A stretch of DNA of 62,965 bases, counting the filler, from Collodictyon triciliatum (taxonomy: Eukaryota): NCBI GenBank assembly GCA_043381765.1. It is 4 parts of 4 records of this genome, joined end to end, with 100 filler letters (N's around TTAATTAATTAA, not from the genome) between each part and the next. Parts side by side here need not be neighbours in the genome. Positions count along the whole stretch, not along the records: positions 49,058 to 62,965 come from JBHJMP010000795.1; 3 more parts are not named here. One strand, 5' to 3'. The translations under genes were made by a program, and so were the position numbers. Below are positions 62,898-62,965 of the stretch, piece by piece. Positions within the stretch are counted from its first letter, which is position 1, and each line of letters starts with the position of its first letter. The notes under the pieces are model-generated. The model did no database searches. It was not told the origin of the DNA and saw only the letters and a list, made by a program, of their open reading frames with translations.

Positions 62898-62965
62898 GAT
62901 GGCTAGCGAACCAAAGCCCACCCCCCCCCTCGGTCCTGCACAAAAGTTGAAAGGAAGAATAAAAA
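62898..62965 (+). mobile_element. Family-A LINE 3' end (about 68 nt), running off the window edge
   Basis: GATGGCTAGCGAACCAAAGCC...CCTGCACAAAAGTTGAAAGGAAGAATAAAAA matches 59937-60004 and 44752-44799. Confidence 0.85.

Overview
Intron-rich, AT-rich nuclear DNA from a microbial eukaryote (standard code, GT-AG introns with weak consensus, many microsatellites and N-gaps). The window is probably not contiguous: three N44-TTAATTAATTAA-N44 six-frame-stop linkers (27490, 38008, 49002) join four segments and cut off three genes. Genes reconstructed by hand-splicing: YIPF6-like, BBS10-like chaperonin, a two-TM channel with mixed PAC(TMEM206)/DEG-ENaC features, MINDY1/2 deubiquitinase, TAF6, CNOT1 (5' half), a RasGEF, a secreted FG-GAP protein with Ser-rich and basic repeats, a divergent GATA-type zinc-finger protein, and a long coiled-coil protein with a D-box. 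The most notable unannotated structure is two families of non-LTR retrotransposon 3' ends. They occur mainly as ultra-short (about 23-70 nt) insertions flanked by 11-21 bp target-site duplications, mostly in introns: 9 copies in 63 kb, one still carrying a zf-RVT ORF2 remnant. All gene names come from motif recognition, not database searches; exon coordinates are manual.
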